Assembly (NCBI GenBank): GCA_964406895.1 | Contig: CAYOTK010000004.1 | Span: 26,016 to 90,015 of the forward strand | Length of the DNA: 64,000 nucleotides | Direction of reading: 5' to 3' | Source of the DNA: an uncultured Candidatus Saccharibacteria bacterium | GTDB lineage: Bacteria > Patescibacteriota > Minisyncoccia > Phycocordibacterales > PALSA-1337 | Position numbers and translations under genes: made by a program | Shown here: positions 25,344 through 36,617 of the stretch, one piece after another | How the letters are laid out: each line of letters starts with the position of its first letter | How positions within the stretch are numbered: the first letter of the stretch is position 1 | Notes under the pieces: generated by a model | What the model saw: the letters and a program-made list of their open reading frames with translations, nothing else | Told to the model about the DNA's origin: nothing | The model's database searches: none

Positions 25344-26879
25344 ATGAGCATAGCCAAAACCTTCAGTGCACAAACAATAGGATTAAAAACCGAAATAATA
25401 AGCGTTGAAATAGACATATCTAATGGTCTTAATTCCTTTTCTATTGTTGGAATGGGTGACAGGGCGGTTGCAGAAGCAAAAGACCGCATATCAGCAGCAA
25501 TCAAAAATTCTGGCTACACATCACCAAAACAAAAGAATCAAAAAGTCGTCATATCACTTGCTCCTGCCGATGTCAGGAAAGAAGGGCCGTCATTCGATCT
25601 TTCTATGGCAATCGGATATCTCAAGGCGTCAGGAGATGTTGATTTCGATACAGAAGGTAAATTATTTTTGGGAGAACTTTCATTATTGGGAGAAGTAAAA
25701 CAAATAAACGGCATATTGCCGATACTTTGTGCCGCGAAAAATATGGGCTTCAATCAAGCCTTTATTCCTGAAAAAAATAAAAAAGAGGCTTCTCTGGCTA
25801 AAAATATTGATATATATGCAGTTTCTTCACTGCAAGAATTGATAGAACATTTGTCCAACAAAAAACAAGCACCTAAAATACTTTTTGTCACACCACAGTC
25901 ACGCAGTTTCGTAGCAAAATACACAGACATGTCTTCTATACGTGGCAATGAAAACATAAAAAGAGGCCTAGAAATAGCCGCAGCAGGAGCTCATAACGTT
26001 ATCATGTGTGGCCCTCCTGGAACAGGCAAGACTATGCTTGCCCAAAGTTTTGTCACAATTCTGCCAGAACTTACGCAAGAACAATGCATTGAAGTTACTA
26101 GCATACATTCCATAGCAAAAATTCTAAAAGAAGAGCTGATAACAAATCCGCCGTTCCGTTCGCCACATCATACCGCCTCATATCCATCCATTGTCGGAGG
26201 CGGGAATATACCCAAACCTGGAGAAATTACCCTGGCACATAGAGGTGTGCTTTTTCTCGACGAACTACCAGAATTTGACCCGAAAGTATTAGAGGCTTTG
26301 AGACAACCCTTAGAAGAGAAAATTATTACAATATCTAGAGCGCGAGGATCTGTGGCATTCCCAGCACAATGCATTTTGATAGCCTCAATGAACCCGTGTC
26401 CATGTGGAAGAGGGGCTTCGAGAGGATGTGTTTGCCCCAATCACATTGTTGAGTCATACAAAAGAAGAATTTCTGGACCAATTACGGATAGGATTGATAT
26501 TTGGCTAAATGTTGAAAAAGTTGACTATGATAAACTTTCTGCGAGAAACCCTAGTGGAGAAAATTCTGCATCGATAGCCAATAGGGTAAAAGAAGCTAGA
26601 ATTTTACAAGAAGAAAGATTTTTAAAAATAAATAATAAAAATGATACACAAAAGTATTTCAACAGTGAAATGAACGCCGAAGACATAGATAAACTCATAG
26701 AAATGTCCGATGAATCGCGAAATACTCTTACTAAAACCTCACAAAAATTCCAATTATCAGGAAGATCTTTCCACAGATTAATAAAAGTCTCGAGAACTAT
26801 AGCGGATCTCTGCAAAAGCCCAATAATTCAAAACGAGCACGTTCTCGAAGCTATACAATATAGACAAAAAATATTTTAG
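25344..26879 (+). CDS. comM: YifB/ComM family Mg-chelatase-like AAA+ ATPase
   Basis: N-terminal Lon-like substrate-binding region (SIVGMGDRAVAEAKDRISAAI). Walker A is CGPPGTGKTMLA and Walker B is VLFLDELPEF. C-terminal ChlI-like region. 511 aa. Confidence 0.8.
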   Translation: MSIAKTFSAQTIGLKTEIISVEIDISNGLNSFSIVGMGDRAVAEAKDRISAAIKNSGYTSPKQKNQKVVISLAPADVRKEGPSFDLSMAIGYLKASGDVDFDTEGKLFLGELSLLGEVKQINGILPILCAAKNMGFNQAFIPEKNKKEASLAKNIDIYAVSSLQELIEHLSNKKQAPKILFVTPQSRSFVAKYTDMSSIRGNENIKRGLEIAAAGAHNVIMCGPPGTGKTMLAQSFVTILPELTQEQCIEVTSIHSIAKILKEELITNPPFRSPHHTASYPSIVGGGNIPKPGEITLAHRGVLFLDELPEFDPKVLEALRQPLEEKIITISRARGSVAFPAQCILIASMNPCPCGRGASRGCVCPNHIVESYKRRISGPITDRIDIWLNVEKVDYDKLSARNPSGENSASIANRVKEARILQEERFLKINNKNDTQKYFNSEMNAEDIDKLIEMSDESRNTLTKTSQKFQLSGRSFHRLIKVSRTIADLCKSPIIQNEHVLEAIQYRQKIF

Positions 26880-27928
26880 AACGGATTTCTGGCTCCACGA
26901 ATCTCAAAATGAAGGTGGGGGCCAGTCGATCTGCCTGTAGAACCAACATATCCAATTGTTTCACCTTGTTCTACTTTGGCCCCAACACGAGTTGCGCTCT
27001 TGATTATGTGAGCATAAAGGGTTTGTGTGCCGTTTGGATGCGAAACTACAATATAGTTTCCATATCCTCCATGCCAACCACCATCAGCAAGACTTATGAT
27101 AACTATTCCATCAGCTGACGCGCGTATAGGTGTGCCAATAGGAGCGGCCAAATCTACACCGTTGTGACCGTGTAGCCCCTGACTCCTATATCCTCCAATA
27201 ATAGGACGTATATAATAGCCGGAATATGCAGGCAAACCGGAGGAACTGCCACTAGAAATTTTGGATGCAACTGAAATTTCGGCATCTGGAATGATAATTG
27301 TCTGACCAGAAATAAGTTTGGTATTGATAGTAATATCGTTATATCTCAATACTTCTTCGATATCTGCTTTATATTTCTTTGTAATGGATGAAATTGTATC
27401 TCCCTTTGAAACTGTGTATTTAACACCAGAAACAGGCAAAATAATAAGAGTCTGACCGACCCTTAGGACTGATTTGCTACCACCTAGATCATTTGCCCAA
27501 ACAATTGTACTTATAGAAACATTAAACATCTTGGCAATACTGGACAAACTATCTCCTTCACGGACTATATATGTACTAATAGATGTATTATAGTCAGCTT
27601 CATCAATATTGGAACTCGATAATGCCTCTGCAGTAAGTACATTGCCTTGAATGGGTAGAGAATCAGCAGGTTTATTTGGATTTGGATCAAGATTCACGGC
27701 GGCCTGAAGTATGGGCATATTTTGTGAATTCATAACAACAGGTGGGTTAGATTTGGCAGAAGCAGACTCACCGCCAACCAATGAATTCACGAGTGAAACG
27801 ATGCTTGCATCAGCAGTTTTTGCTCCAAAAATAGTAGATGAAATAACCAGAACAGAAATTACAAATACAAAAAATATATTGCGGAATTCGAAAACATATT
27901 TAATTAATTTTTTATCAAATAATATCAT
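26876..27928 (-). CDS. LysM-domain M23 family metallopeptidase
   Basis: N-terminal TM/signal. Two LysM repeats (YIVREGDSLSSIAKMFNVSISTIVWANDL; YTVSKGDTISSITKKYKADIEEVLRYNDI). M23 motifs HNGVDLAAPIGTPIRA and YVGSTGRSTGPHLHFEIR. Confidence 0.8.
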   Translation of the reverse strand: MILFDKKLIKYVFEFRNIFFVFVISVLVISSTIFGAKTADASIVSLVNSLVGGESASAKSNPPVVMNSQNMPILQAAVNLDPNPNKPADSLPIQGNVLTAEALSSSNIDEADYNTSISTYIVREGDSLSSIAKMFNVSISTIVWANDLGGSKSVLRVGQTLIILPVSGVKYTVSKGDTISSITKKYKADIEEVLRYNDITINTKLISGQTIIIPDAEISVASKISSGSSSGLPAYSGYYIRPIIGGYRSQGLHGHNGVDLAAPIGTPIRASADGIVIISLADGGWHGGYGNYIVVSHPNGTQTLYAHIIKSATRVGAKVEQGETIGYVGSTGRSTGPHLHFEIRGARNPF

Positions 27929-28171
27929 AATACTTTTGAGAATCTTGCAATATTTTTATCGAGTCAATTCCGGAAATAAAACTTACTTCTATAATAAACA
28001 AATGGCTCTACAAAGCCATATAAGTAGTTTTTCTCGTTTGGGTATGTCTAAAGGGTATCAATCACAGAAATAAAGTCAACACTAAATATACACAGTCACA
28101 AATATCGTGGTTTTGTCAAATATTATGATTATATTTTTAGTTTTCTTATTGATCGTGTTAACATAGACCAA

Positions 28172-30103
28172 ATGAATCTAAACGAGGAACAGAAAAAAGC
28201 CGTCGAAACCACTGAGGGACCAGTTCTTATCGTGGCGGGAGCCGGATCAGGCAAAACAAAAGTCATAACTCACAGAATATTGAATCTTATGAAAAAGGGA
28301 ATTCCGGCATCTTCGATTCTGGCAATTACTTTCACCAACAAAGCTGCACGAGAAATGAAAGATCGTGTAGGCATACTTCTTTCTGAAGACAGAGAATTGA
28401 ATCGCCCGATTAGCTCCAACGAGAGACCATTCATAAGCACATTTCACGCATTAGGAGTTCATATAATTCGCGAGAATGCTTCAAAATTGGGTCTAAATAA
28501 ACATTTCAGCATATACGATAGGTCAGATTCCAAAAGAGCCATCAAAGAAGCAATGGAAAATTGCAATATTGATCCGAAAAAATTTGATCCCAATATGATT
28601 TTGAATCTAATTTCTAGGGCCAAGGGTGATGGCATGAATTATATTCAATATAGAGATACAGCCAAAGGATACATGGAGGAAGTAACAGCAGATATATGGG
28701 AAAAATATGACATCATAATGAATAAAGAAAAATCTTTAGACTTCGATGATCTATTGCTGAAAACCGCGCAACTTCTCGGTAATAACAGCGTTATAAGGGA
28801 GCATTACAATAATGTGTGGAAATATATTCACATTGATGAATATCAAGATACAAACAAAGTTCAATATCAGATTTCGCGATATTTGGCGGAAAAAAAACGA
28901 AACATTTGTGTAGTTGGCGATGCAGATCAAAATATATACACATGGCGAGGGGCAACAATCGAAAACATATTGAAATTTGAAAAAGATTATCCGGAATCTA
29001 CAGTCATTACTCTAGAAAAAAACTATCGATCAACAAAAACAATACTTTCAGCGGCAAATAGTGTAATTGAAAGAAATACTTTAAGAAAAAAGAAAAAACT
29101 ATATACTGACAATGAAGACGGAGAAAAAATATCACTTTTCGTCTCATATACAGAACAAGACGAAGCTAGAACAATTGCAGACACAACGAAAGAACTGATC
29201 AAATCAGGAGTTTCTCCTTCTCAAATAGCTGTACTATATAGAACTAACTTTCAATCAAGAGTCCTTGAAGAATTTTTCTTGAAAAAAAATCTTCCTTATC
29301 AATTACTGGGCACCAAATTCTTTGAAAGAAAAGAAATCAAAGATATTATTGCCTATATCAAAGCCTCACTTAACCGAGAAGGGTGGGGAGATATAGGTCG
29401 TTGTATAAATACTCCAACGAGAGGAATCGGCAAGGCCACTTTGGCCAAACTCGCCAGTGGACAAGAAAACTTGATAAACGAATCAACAAAAGTCAAAATC
29501 GCTGATTTCTGGAAACTTCTCGATGATATAAAAGAAGAAATTCATACAAAAAAACCTTCTGAGGTCATAAAATTTGTTCTAGAAAACACTGGTTTAGAAA
29601 GAAGCTTGCGTACGGGGGACAATGAGGATGAAGAGAGAATATTGAATGCAAGAGAGCTTGTTTCTGTAGCAAAACAATACGACCACCTAAGTTCCGACGT
29701 GGGTATGGAGACCTTCCTCACAAACGCCGCGCTTTCATCAGATCAAGATGAAATAAAAGAAAACAGTGAGGCGGTGAAACTCATGACTGTTCACGCCGCC
29801 AAAGGCCTAGAATTCGAACATGTTTTCGTTGCCGGCCTAGAAGAAAATCTTTTTCCATTGAAACATCTAGATGAGGGGGAAATAAGCAAATCCGAAGAAG
29901 AGGAAGAGCGCAGATTATTCTATGTCGCTATAACCAGAGCAAAAAAGAACCTGTATCTTAGCTATTCTATTGTTAGAACAATATACGGCTCCGAAAGAGT
30001 AAACGCCCCATCGGAATTCATAAATGACATAGAAAAGAAATTAATAGAAGAAAATACAGAACCCAAGCCAACGGGTGTTAAAGCAATTTTCATAGATTTC
30101 TGA
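28172..30103 (+). CDS. pcrA: ATP-dependent DNA helicase, UvrD/PcrA family
   Basis: Motif I AGAGSGKTKVITHRI, motif II VDEYQDTN, motif III GDADQNIY, motif V/VI (LMTVHAAKGLEF, VAITRA). 643 aa. Confidence 0.85.
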   Translation: MNLNEEQKKAVETTEGPVLIVAGAGSGKTKVITHRILNLMKKGIPASSILAITFTNKAAREMKDRVGILLSEDRELNRPISSNERPFISTFHALGVHIIRENASKLGLNKHFSIYDRSDSKRAIKEAMENCNIDPKKFDPNMILNLISRAKGDGMNYIQYRDTAKGYMEEVTADIWEKYDIIMNKEKSLDFDDLLLKTAQLLGNNSVIREHYNNVWKYIHIDEYQDTNKVQYQISRYLAEKKRNICVVGDADQNIYTWRGATIENILKFEKDYPESTVITLEKNYRSTKTILSAANSVIERNTLRKKKKLYTDNEDGEKISLFVSYTEQDEARTIADTTKELIKSGVSPSQIAVLYRTNFQSRVLEEFFLKKNLPYQLLGTKFFERKEIKDIIAYIKASLNREGWGDIGRCINTPTRGIGKATLAKLASGQENLINESTKVKIADFWKLLDDIKEEIHTKKPSEVIKFVLENTGLERSLRTGDNEDEERILNARELVSVAKQYDHLSSDVGMETFLTNAALSSDQDEIKENSEAVKLMTVHAAKGLEFEHVFVAGLEENLFPLKHLDEGEISKSEEEEERRLFYVAITRAKKNLYLSYSIVRTIYGSERVNAPSEFINDIEKKLIEENTEPKPTGVKAIFIDF

Positions 30104-30123
30104 ATATATGCTATTTTAAAGAT

Positions 30124-30918
30124 ATGCAAATCAGAGCAAAAAAATCATTAGGGCAACATTTCTTGAATTCAAAAAAGGCACTAGATCAAATAGTGCAAGC
30201 CTCTGGTCTATCAAAAAACGATATTGTGCTCGAAATAGGCCCTGGCACAGGAATATTAACAAAAGAAATACTATCTTCGGGGGCCAAAGTCATTGCTATA
30301 GAGAAAGATATCAGGGCCTTTGATTTGATAAAACAAAATTTCAAAAATGAAATAAAGTCAAACCAATTGCAAATCATTAACAAAGACATTCTAGAGATGG
30401 ACATGAATTCAATTGGCCTCCAGAATTCAAAATACGTCATTGTGGCAAATATTCCATATTATATAACTGGGACAATACTAGAAAAATTCCTAGAATATGA
30501 ACCGAGACCGCAAAAAATGGTTTTGCTGGTACAAAAAGAAGTCGCAGAAAGAATCATAACGAGAGACGGCAAGGAAAGCATATTATCAATATCTGTAAAG
30601 GCTTTTGGTAATCCCAAAATCATTGATACTGTGCCTCGCGGAGCCTTCGTGCCCCCACCAAACGTTGATTCTGCGATTTTACTCATAGATGAAATATCTG
30701 ATACGAAATTTTCAACACAAGGAATCAACATAAAACATTTTTTCAAAATAGTTAAAGCCGGTTTCGCACACAAAAGAAAATACCTGATAAGAAACATTGA
30801 GAGTGTTATTCCGAATCAAACAATCACAGAAATATGGTCAAAAAATAACATTGATCCTAAGATTCGCCCAGAAAATGTAAATATTTCAACATGGCTAAAT
30901 ATAGCCAAAGGTCAATAA
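30124..30918 (+). CDS. rsmA: 16S rRNA (adenine1518-N6/adenine1519-N6)-dimethyltransferase
   Basis: N-terminus KSLGQHFL, SAM motif LEIGPGTGILT, and NIPYYIT. Confidence 0.85.
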   Translation: MQIRAKKSLGQHFLNSKKALDQIVQASGLSKNDIVLEIGPGTGILTKEILSSGAKVIAIEKDIRAFDLIKQNFKNEIKSNQLQIINKDILEMDMNSIGLQNSKYVIVANIPYYITGTILEKFLEYEPRPQKMVLLVQKEVAERIITRDGKESILSISVKAFGNPKIIDTVPRGAFVPPPNVDSAILLIDEISDTKFSTQGINIKHFFKIVKAGFAHKRKYLIRNIESVIPNQTITEIWSKNNIDPKIRPENVNISTWLNIAKGQ

Positions 30919-30942
30919 ATATATCTGTGATATAATTATTTC

Positions 30943-31980
30943 ATGAAAAAAAATGTACTCAAATATACATTTATGTTGCTAGCTCTTTTTGTTATGTCTC
31001 GTGATGCATATGCACAGAACAACATTCCTCAGGACTTATTAAGTTCGGGTTTCAAATTTGAGAAAAACCTCAAGATGGGTGATTCTTCATATCCGGATGT
31101 CAATTATTTGCAATATTTCTTGAACAAAGATGACAGGACGATGGTTTCCAGAATCGGTGCAGGCTCAGACAAACAAACTACTTCATTTTTCGGGTCAAAA
31201 ACCAAGAAAGCTCTCAATAATTTCCAAAATATATACAAATTACCACAAGGAATATTCGGCCCAGAATCGAGAGCAAAAGCCAATCAAATACTGGATATTA
31301 TGAGAAGCGCCACCACGACTGCGAGCAAACAAGGCTCGAATAATTCATTTAGAGTAGATGATGAAAAAGTTATAAATCTAATGTCAGAGAAAATCGACAA
31401 ACAAACAAACAAAATCACCAGCAATTCGCAGAAAGAATCAATAAAAACCAACATTATAGCCAAACTCAAAGACGAAATACGTAGAGCAAGATTCCAATCA
31501 TATATCAACAAATCTGGTTTCCAAATGGTATATGACAGTGATAAAGAAGATCTGACATTCAAAAAAGATTCTCTAGGCCCTTCGGGTTGGGAAAAATTCT
31601 TAACATATGCAAAAAAAGCATTTTCAACAACAGTAGCGCATGCATACTCGAAATCTAGCTCCAATCAAAATCTCGCACTCGGTTTCGGTGGAGGGGGAGC
31701 AGAAACACCTTTTGGTGGAATGCACGTATTAGCTATACAATGCACTTGCGGACAAAATACTCTGCACTATATTCTGGATTATAGAACTAATAATCTTTTG
31801 GCTCTAATATATCAACCTGGAAGCTCAATTCTTTATTCGAACTATAACCTATATGGAACGTATGAGCTCGGAACATACGGCCAAGTCACACAAAGCTGCC
31901 AAATCGAAGCAGGCGAGGATTGTGTTGAACTACAATCAGACGGAGATTTGGGTCATTCACCTGGAACAGGAACATCATAA
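30943..31980 (+). CDS. Hypothetical secreted protein
   Basis: Signal peptide MKKNVLKYTFMLLALFVMSRDAYA. 345 aa with no recognisable catalytic motif. First gene of a block of secreted/membrane proteins leading to the VirB4 locus. Confidence 0.45.
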   Translation: MKKNVLKYTFMLLALFVMSRDAYAQNNIPQDLLSSGFKFEKNLKMGDSSYPDVNYLQYFLNKDDRTMVSRIGAGSDKQTTSFFGSKTKKALNNFQNIYKLPQGIFGPESRAKANQILDIMRSATTTASKQGSNNSFRVDDEKVINLMSEKIDKQTNKITSNSQKESIKTNIIAKLKDEIRRARFQSYINKSGFQMVYDSDKEDLTFKKDSLGPSGWEKFLTYAKKAFSTTVAHAYSKSSSNQNLALGFGGGGAETPFGGMHVLAIQCTCGQNTLHYILDYRTNNLLALIYQPGSSILYSNYNLYGTYELGTYGQVTQSCQIEAGEDCVELQSDGDLGHSPGTGTS

Positions 31981-32014
31981 AAAGACCGAGATGTTAACAT
32001 GTATTGGCGATTAA

Positions 32015-32914
32015 ATGCCTGATATAATTGAGTTTGGTATGTCTACCACCAAACTATTTCGTTTCAAAAATATTTTTGTATTGTTTATTTGCATATTGGC
32101 TGTATTCCTGACTCTTTTGTATACAAGAAACAAACAAAATGGTGGTAACACTGCCCAAAACAGCATTTCTGTTACAAATACAAAAACGCCTAACAAATTA
32201 CCTGAGAATTCTGAATGGAAAAAAGATTTTTTCACTGGTTCAGTGACAACAAACAAGGCAGATCAGAAAAGTTCAAAATCCACAAACGTCGAGAAACCAC
32301 TTACTTTGACTGACAAATTGGGCAGGGAATTCTTCACTAAATATGTTGAGTTGAAACAACAAAATTTGGCTGATGATCAAAAAACAGTCGCAAGCGCAAT
32401 GGAACAAACACTAGCAAACGCTCTAAGTGATATACCTCAAATAAAGAAATACACTCTAAATCAACTAAACATAACGAATACAAACGACAAAGAAAGCATA
32501 AAGAGTTATGCAAACTCTATTGGTCTTGTCTTCATAGAATTATGGCCAACAACAGATCCAGCACAAATTACGAACGAAGCATTTGAAAGCGGAAATGTGA
32601 AACTGTTGAAAAATATAGAGCCTCTCACTATTTCTTATGATAAAATAGTGAAAAGACTTCTTATTATCCCTGTGCCGAAAATTCTTGCTTCAGATCATCT
32701 CGACATTCTCAATTCCGCAAGTTCACTACTCAATATTTCCCAAGGATTAAGAAGTGTAGAAGCGGATCCAACAAAAGCAATTATTGCGTTAAATGACTAT
32801 CAAAATACCATGGACACATTGAAATACGCCCTCATAAATCTCAACACTTATTTCAAAAGTTATGGTTTGTATTTTGGGGATTCAGAGCCTGGAAATGTAT
32901 TTAGCACGATATAA
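32015..32914 (+). CDS. Hypothetical membrane-anchored protein
   Basis: N-terminal TM segment (IFVLFICILAVFLTLLY). 299 aa. Confidence 0.45.
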   Translation: MPDIIEFGMSTTKLFRFKNIFVLFICILAVFLTLLYTRNKQNGGNTAQNSISVTNTKTPNKLPENSEWKKDFFTGSVTTNKADQKSSKSTNVEKPLTLTDKLGREFFTKYVELKQQNLADDQKTVASAMEQTLANALSDIPQIKKYTLNQLNITNTNDKESIKSYANSIGLVFIELWPTTDPAQITNEAFESGNVKLLKNIEPLTISYDKIVKRLLIIPVPKILASDHLDILNSASSLLNISQGLRSVEADPTKAIIALNDYQNTMDTLKYALINLNTYFKSYGLYFGDSEPGNVFSTI

Positions 32915-32915
32915 A

Positions 32916-34700
32916 ATGAAATTTTATTTTACAAAAATTCAAAAAAGAATTCTGTTCATGAGCATGGTTGTAATCTTGCTCTTTGTATCGAATATTCAAA
33001 CAACAAAGGCCCAGCAAAGCCAGAATACCGTCCCTATAGGAACAGGATTTGATTTCCAGAGCATAATGAATTACAACAAGAATTTTAAATACGACAAAAT
33101 CGCCTATACAATTGCAAAGCAAATTCTTCACCAAATGACCGTTAGTGTAGTCAATTGGATCAATTCTGGTTTCAAGGGTAGTCCTGCATTCCTTACAAAT
33201 CCAGAAGGATTTTTCTTGGATGTTGGAGATCAACTCACGGGACAATTTATTTCAAATAGCGGACCGTTAGCCAGACTTTGTTCTCCGATCAATCTTGATC
33301 TACGACTTCAACTCGCACTCAATCAATCCGAATTCGTAGATCAGAGATATTCTTGTACCCTTAGCACGGTTATTGGCAATGTGAAGAGAGCACGAGTTCA
33401 AACTGGCATAGATATATCATCTCGACAGGGTGGAGCAACCATAGGAGATATGATTTCAGGAGATATTTTGACCAATCCGAATCAATTAAGTCTAGGTGCC
33501 GGTGGGACATCGCTGGATGCCGAAGGTCGTTTCTTATCTGGTAATTTCGATGAGGCGGGCTGGCAAGGATTCTTAGCATTAGCACTAGAACCACAAAACA
33601 ATTATTACGGAGCATACATGTTGGCCCAGAATGATCTGCAAACTCAAATAGCACAGAAACAGGCTGCTATAAATGCTGATTTGAATAGAGGTAACGGTTT
33701 CTTGTCTTGGCAAAAATGCGATGATGTTACAAGTCAGTTTTCTTTGTCTGCAAGCGATCCAAAAGGAGAAGGAGGGGCTGCCGGAAACTCATATGGATTA
33801 AATACCGATCAAATCAATCAGCTCAATGCGGGAGGTCCACAAGCAGTTAAGCTTCCTGCTGGCTCAAGCATACAAAAGAAAATCGATGTCAAAACTGGCA
33901 AAACAACATTTGAAAAATGTGAGACTGAAACCCCTGGCTCCGTCATATCTAATACACTTAAGAAGCAACTAGATGTTCCAGCCACAGAACTTGAGCTTGC
34001 GGATAACATAAATGCTGTTGTAAATGCTCTTGTAAGTCAGATGATAAGCAAAATGTTAGGCGGAGGTTTGCGCAGTTTGAGTCCTAATGGCTCTAGTAAT
34101 GGTGAGTCATTCACCAATCAAGTTATAAGAGAGGAAATCATTAATCCGCCGTATACAGGAGCACAAATTGCAAAATTAAATTCGGATATAGAAACAGCCA
34201 AAAAATCCGCTAATGATTACAAGTCCATATACGACCAATCGATAGGTTTGATGACTGATACCAAAACAAGATTTGAAACAGCCCAAGCATGTTTCGTAAC
34301 TCTGAATAATAATCCGATGGCTATATATACCATAAAGCAGAGAGCCGTAGATGGCATCGTAAATATAGAAAGTAAAATTAAAAATGTAATAGATCCAAAA
34401 CTGAAAGAATTAGCCTCTCAACAAAGGTACGCAAATTCCACAATAGACAAAATAAACCAGGTTCAGGCTGACGTTGCCGGACAAACAGCAAATAACAGCA
34501 CGAAACTGAGTGCTCAAGATTATTCAGAAACATATACGACTATAATAGAATCAACCATTAACTCTAACAATTCTGTGGCTACAGCCCAAAAGGCATTAGA
34601 CGAACTCAAGAAAACAATTACCGAATTAAACGCGGAAGCAAAGAGGTTACAAGATGAGTGTTACCAACTCAGTTATAATGCAGACAAACAAAATCGTTAA
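32916..34700 (+). CDS. Hypothetical secreted protein with coiled-coil C-terminus
   Basis: Start taken at MKFYFTK (signal peptide ILFMSMVVILLFVSNIQTTKA), 2 nt after the previous stop. About 595 aa. Confidence 0.45.
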   Translation: MKFYFTKIQKRILFMSMVVILLFVSNIQTTKAQQSQNTVPIGTGFDFQSIMNYNKNFKYDKIAYTIAKQILHQMTVSVVNWINSGFKGSPAFLTNPEGFFLDVGDQLTGQFISNSGPLARLCSPINLDLRLQLALNQSEFVDQRYSCTLSTVIGNVKRARVQTGIDISSRQGGATIGDMISGDILTNPNQLSLGAGGTSLDAEGRFLSGNFDEAGWQGFLALALEPQNNYYGAYMLAQNDLQTQIAQKQAAINADLNRGNGFLSWQKCDDVTSQFSLSASDPKGEGGAAGNSYGLNTDQINQLNAGGPQAVKLPAGSSIQKKIDVKTGKTTFEKCETETPGSVISNTLKKQLDVPATELELADNINAVVNALVSQMISKMLGGGLRSLSPNGSSNGESFTNQVIREEIINPPYTGAQIAKLNSDIETAKKSANDYKSIYDQSIGLMTDTKTRFETAQACFVTLNNNPMAIYTIKQRAVDGIVNIESKIKNVIDPKLKELASQQRYANSTIDKINQVQADVAGQTANNSTKLSAQDYSETYTTIIESTINSNNSVATAQKALDELKKTITELNAEAKRLQDECYQLSYNADKQNR

Positions 34701-34703
34701 AAC

Positions 34704-36614
34704 ATGAATAGAAATTATCAAAACAGAATATATAAAATACTTTCACTGATAATTGTCTTTGTTATTGTTGGTACCAATATCGTGCACGGTCAAGCAGCCG
34801 CATCTTCATTCACGTCTTTCCTTGGTGTTCCCGATATTTATGGCTTGGTAAATCAAGTACTTGGCTGGCTTGCCAACTATCTGCTCATGATAATGTCTTT
34901 GCTATTGAGCATGGCCGCTGCCGCGCTCAATACTTCAATAGTCATAACAATGCATATAAGGGAATTCGTTGATAGCACTCCTGTTATATATGAAGTCTGG
35001 AAAATAATAAGAGACATTTCAGGAATATTCTTCATATTCGTATTGCTTATTGCTGCAATCAAAATCATTCTTGGTCTTGATACGAAAATAAGCGAAGTTA
35101 TAAAAAACATAGTAATAGCCGGTGTTCTCATCAATTTCAGTTTCTTCATCGTTAGCGTCCTTATCGATGCTTCAAACATTGTTTCACAGACAATATACAA
35201 TGCCATGATACCCAATTCTCCAGCCGTAACTATGTCTGATTTTGGTCCTGCAGTTTCTGATGGTAAGGGTGGTTCGAACGGTGGCATCAAGGCATTGACT
35301 CAAAAATACTTCTCGAACACTCCTTCGAAGGGAAGTATAACCGACATATTCATGCAAAGTCTCAGTGTGCAGAGTTTGTACAACAAACAGCTCATGAATA
35401 ACAATCAATACAAAAATATTGATAATAATTCCAGTAGTGGCATCATGACAATGATCAAAATCATACTTATTGCAGTTGTTGGTTCAATAATCATGTTTAC
35501 ATCTGCTGTTAGTTTCATGATTGCCGCGGGAGCATTCATTGTAAGACTTGTAATATTATTGTTCTTATTGGCATTTTCACCGATATATTTTGCTGGAATG
35601 GTCATTCCTGGAATAAAAGAATACGTTGGCGACTTCAAAAATCAGCTCCAATCACAGCTTATATTCATGCCTGTATACTTACTGCTTATGTACGTGGCTC
35701 TAAGAGTTTTGAATGAAAGCAAAATATTAGGAACTGGCTATATGCAGTTATACCAGGGCAATCTGGGTAATTCATGGGCTATCGATCTTATAGCTCTTGG
35801 TGTTAACTTCGCACTAGTTATTGTCATTCTAAACATACCGCTTATAGGCGCCATGAAATTGGGCGGTTCTGCCACCAAGCTGTTCAGTAATTTGGCTTCG
35901 AAATATGGAGCGTCCAATGTGTGGAAAAATGTTGGCAGTTTCGCCGGAAGAAATACTATTGGTGTATCAGCTTCAATGCTTAATAACAGTCAGATTGCAA
36001 AAAGTATCTATGCATATACTCCTGGTCTAGGCAGAATCGTAAACAATAGACTATCCAAGATAAGCGGTTCTGGTTTCGGAGTTAAGGGTGGAAGCTATGA
36101 TCAAACCAGAAAAGAACACGTGGAGTCGGTCAGGAAATTCAGTGAGTCATTGGGGCATGATCCAAGCCTAACAAGCAAGGAGGCTATTGACAAGATAAAA
36201 GCAGACACGACACTTGAGTACAGTGGTCGTATTGTAGCAAAGGAATCTGCTGTGTCCATGGCTGAAAGAGCCATGATTGCAGAGACAGATCCAGTTCGCA
36301 AGGCATACAAAACTGAGGAGTACGATAAACTGAAGAGAGAGCTTGATGACATGCAGAAAAATAGAGAAACAAATATAAACAAACAATCGGAAGAAAAGAT
36401 AAATAAAATAAAAAATGAAAGAAAAAATAAAGTGGCAGATTACTATGAAAACGGGGTAAGGAATACTGTGCTGGGAGCTGTTGGTGTTAAACCAAAATTC
36501 AACATGGATATAGTTAGAGCTATTAAAAAAGAAAAAAAAGAAAGTGATGAAATAATGAATTTACTCAGAAAAATCGATGGCAAAGCAGGAAGTTCAGGTG
36601 ATTCAAAAAAATAA
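34704..36614 (+). CDS. Polytopic membrane protein, VirB6/TrbL-like candidate
   Basis: 636 aa, with at least 8 hydrophobic segments over the first ~400 aa and a hydrophilic Lys/Glu-rich coiled-coil tail. Lies 4 kb upstream of a VirB4-type ATPase. Confidence 0.4.
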   Translation: MNRNYQNRIYKILSLIIVFVIVGTNIVHGQAAASSFTSFLGVPDIYGLVNQVLGWLANYLLMIMSLLLSMAAAALNTSIVITMHIREFVDSTPVIYEVWKIIRDISGIFFIFVLLIAAIKIILGLDTKISEVIKNIVIAGVLINFSFFIVSVLIDASNIVSQTIYNAMIPNSPAVTMSDFGPAVSDGKGGSNGGIKALTQKYFSNTPSKGSITDIFMQSLSVQSLYNKQLMNNNQYKNIDNNSSSGIMTMIKIILIAVVGSIIMFTSAVSFMIAAGAFIVRLVILLFLLAFSPIYFAGMVIPGIKEYVGDFKNQLQSQLIFMPVYLLLMYVALRVLNESKILGTGYMQLYQGNLGNSWAIDLIALGVNFALVIVILNIPLIGAMKLGGSATKLFSNLASKYGASNVWKNVGSFAGRNTIGVSASMLNNSQIAKSIYAYTPGLGRIVNNRLSKISGSGFGVKGGSYDQTRKEHVESVRKFSESLGHDPSLTSKEAIDKIKADTTLEYSGRIVAKESAVSMAERAMIAETDPVRKAYKTEEYDKLKRELDDMQKNRETNINKQSEEKINKIKNERKNKVADYYENGVRNTVLGAVGVKPKFNMDIVRAIKKEKKESDEIMNLLRKIDGKAGSSGDSKK

Positions 36615-36617
36615 TAT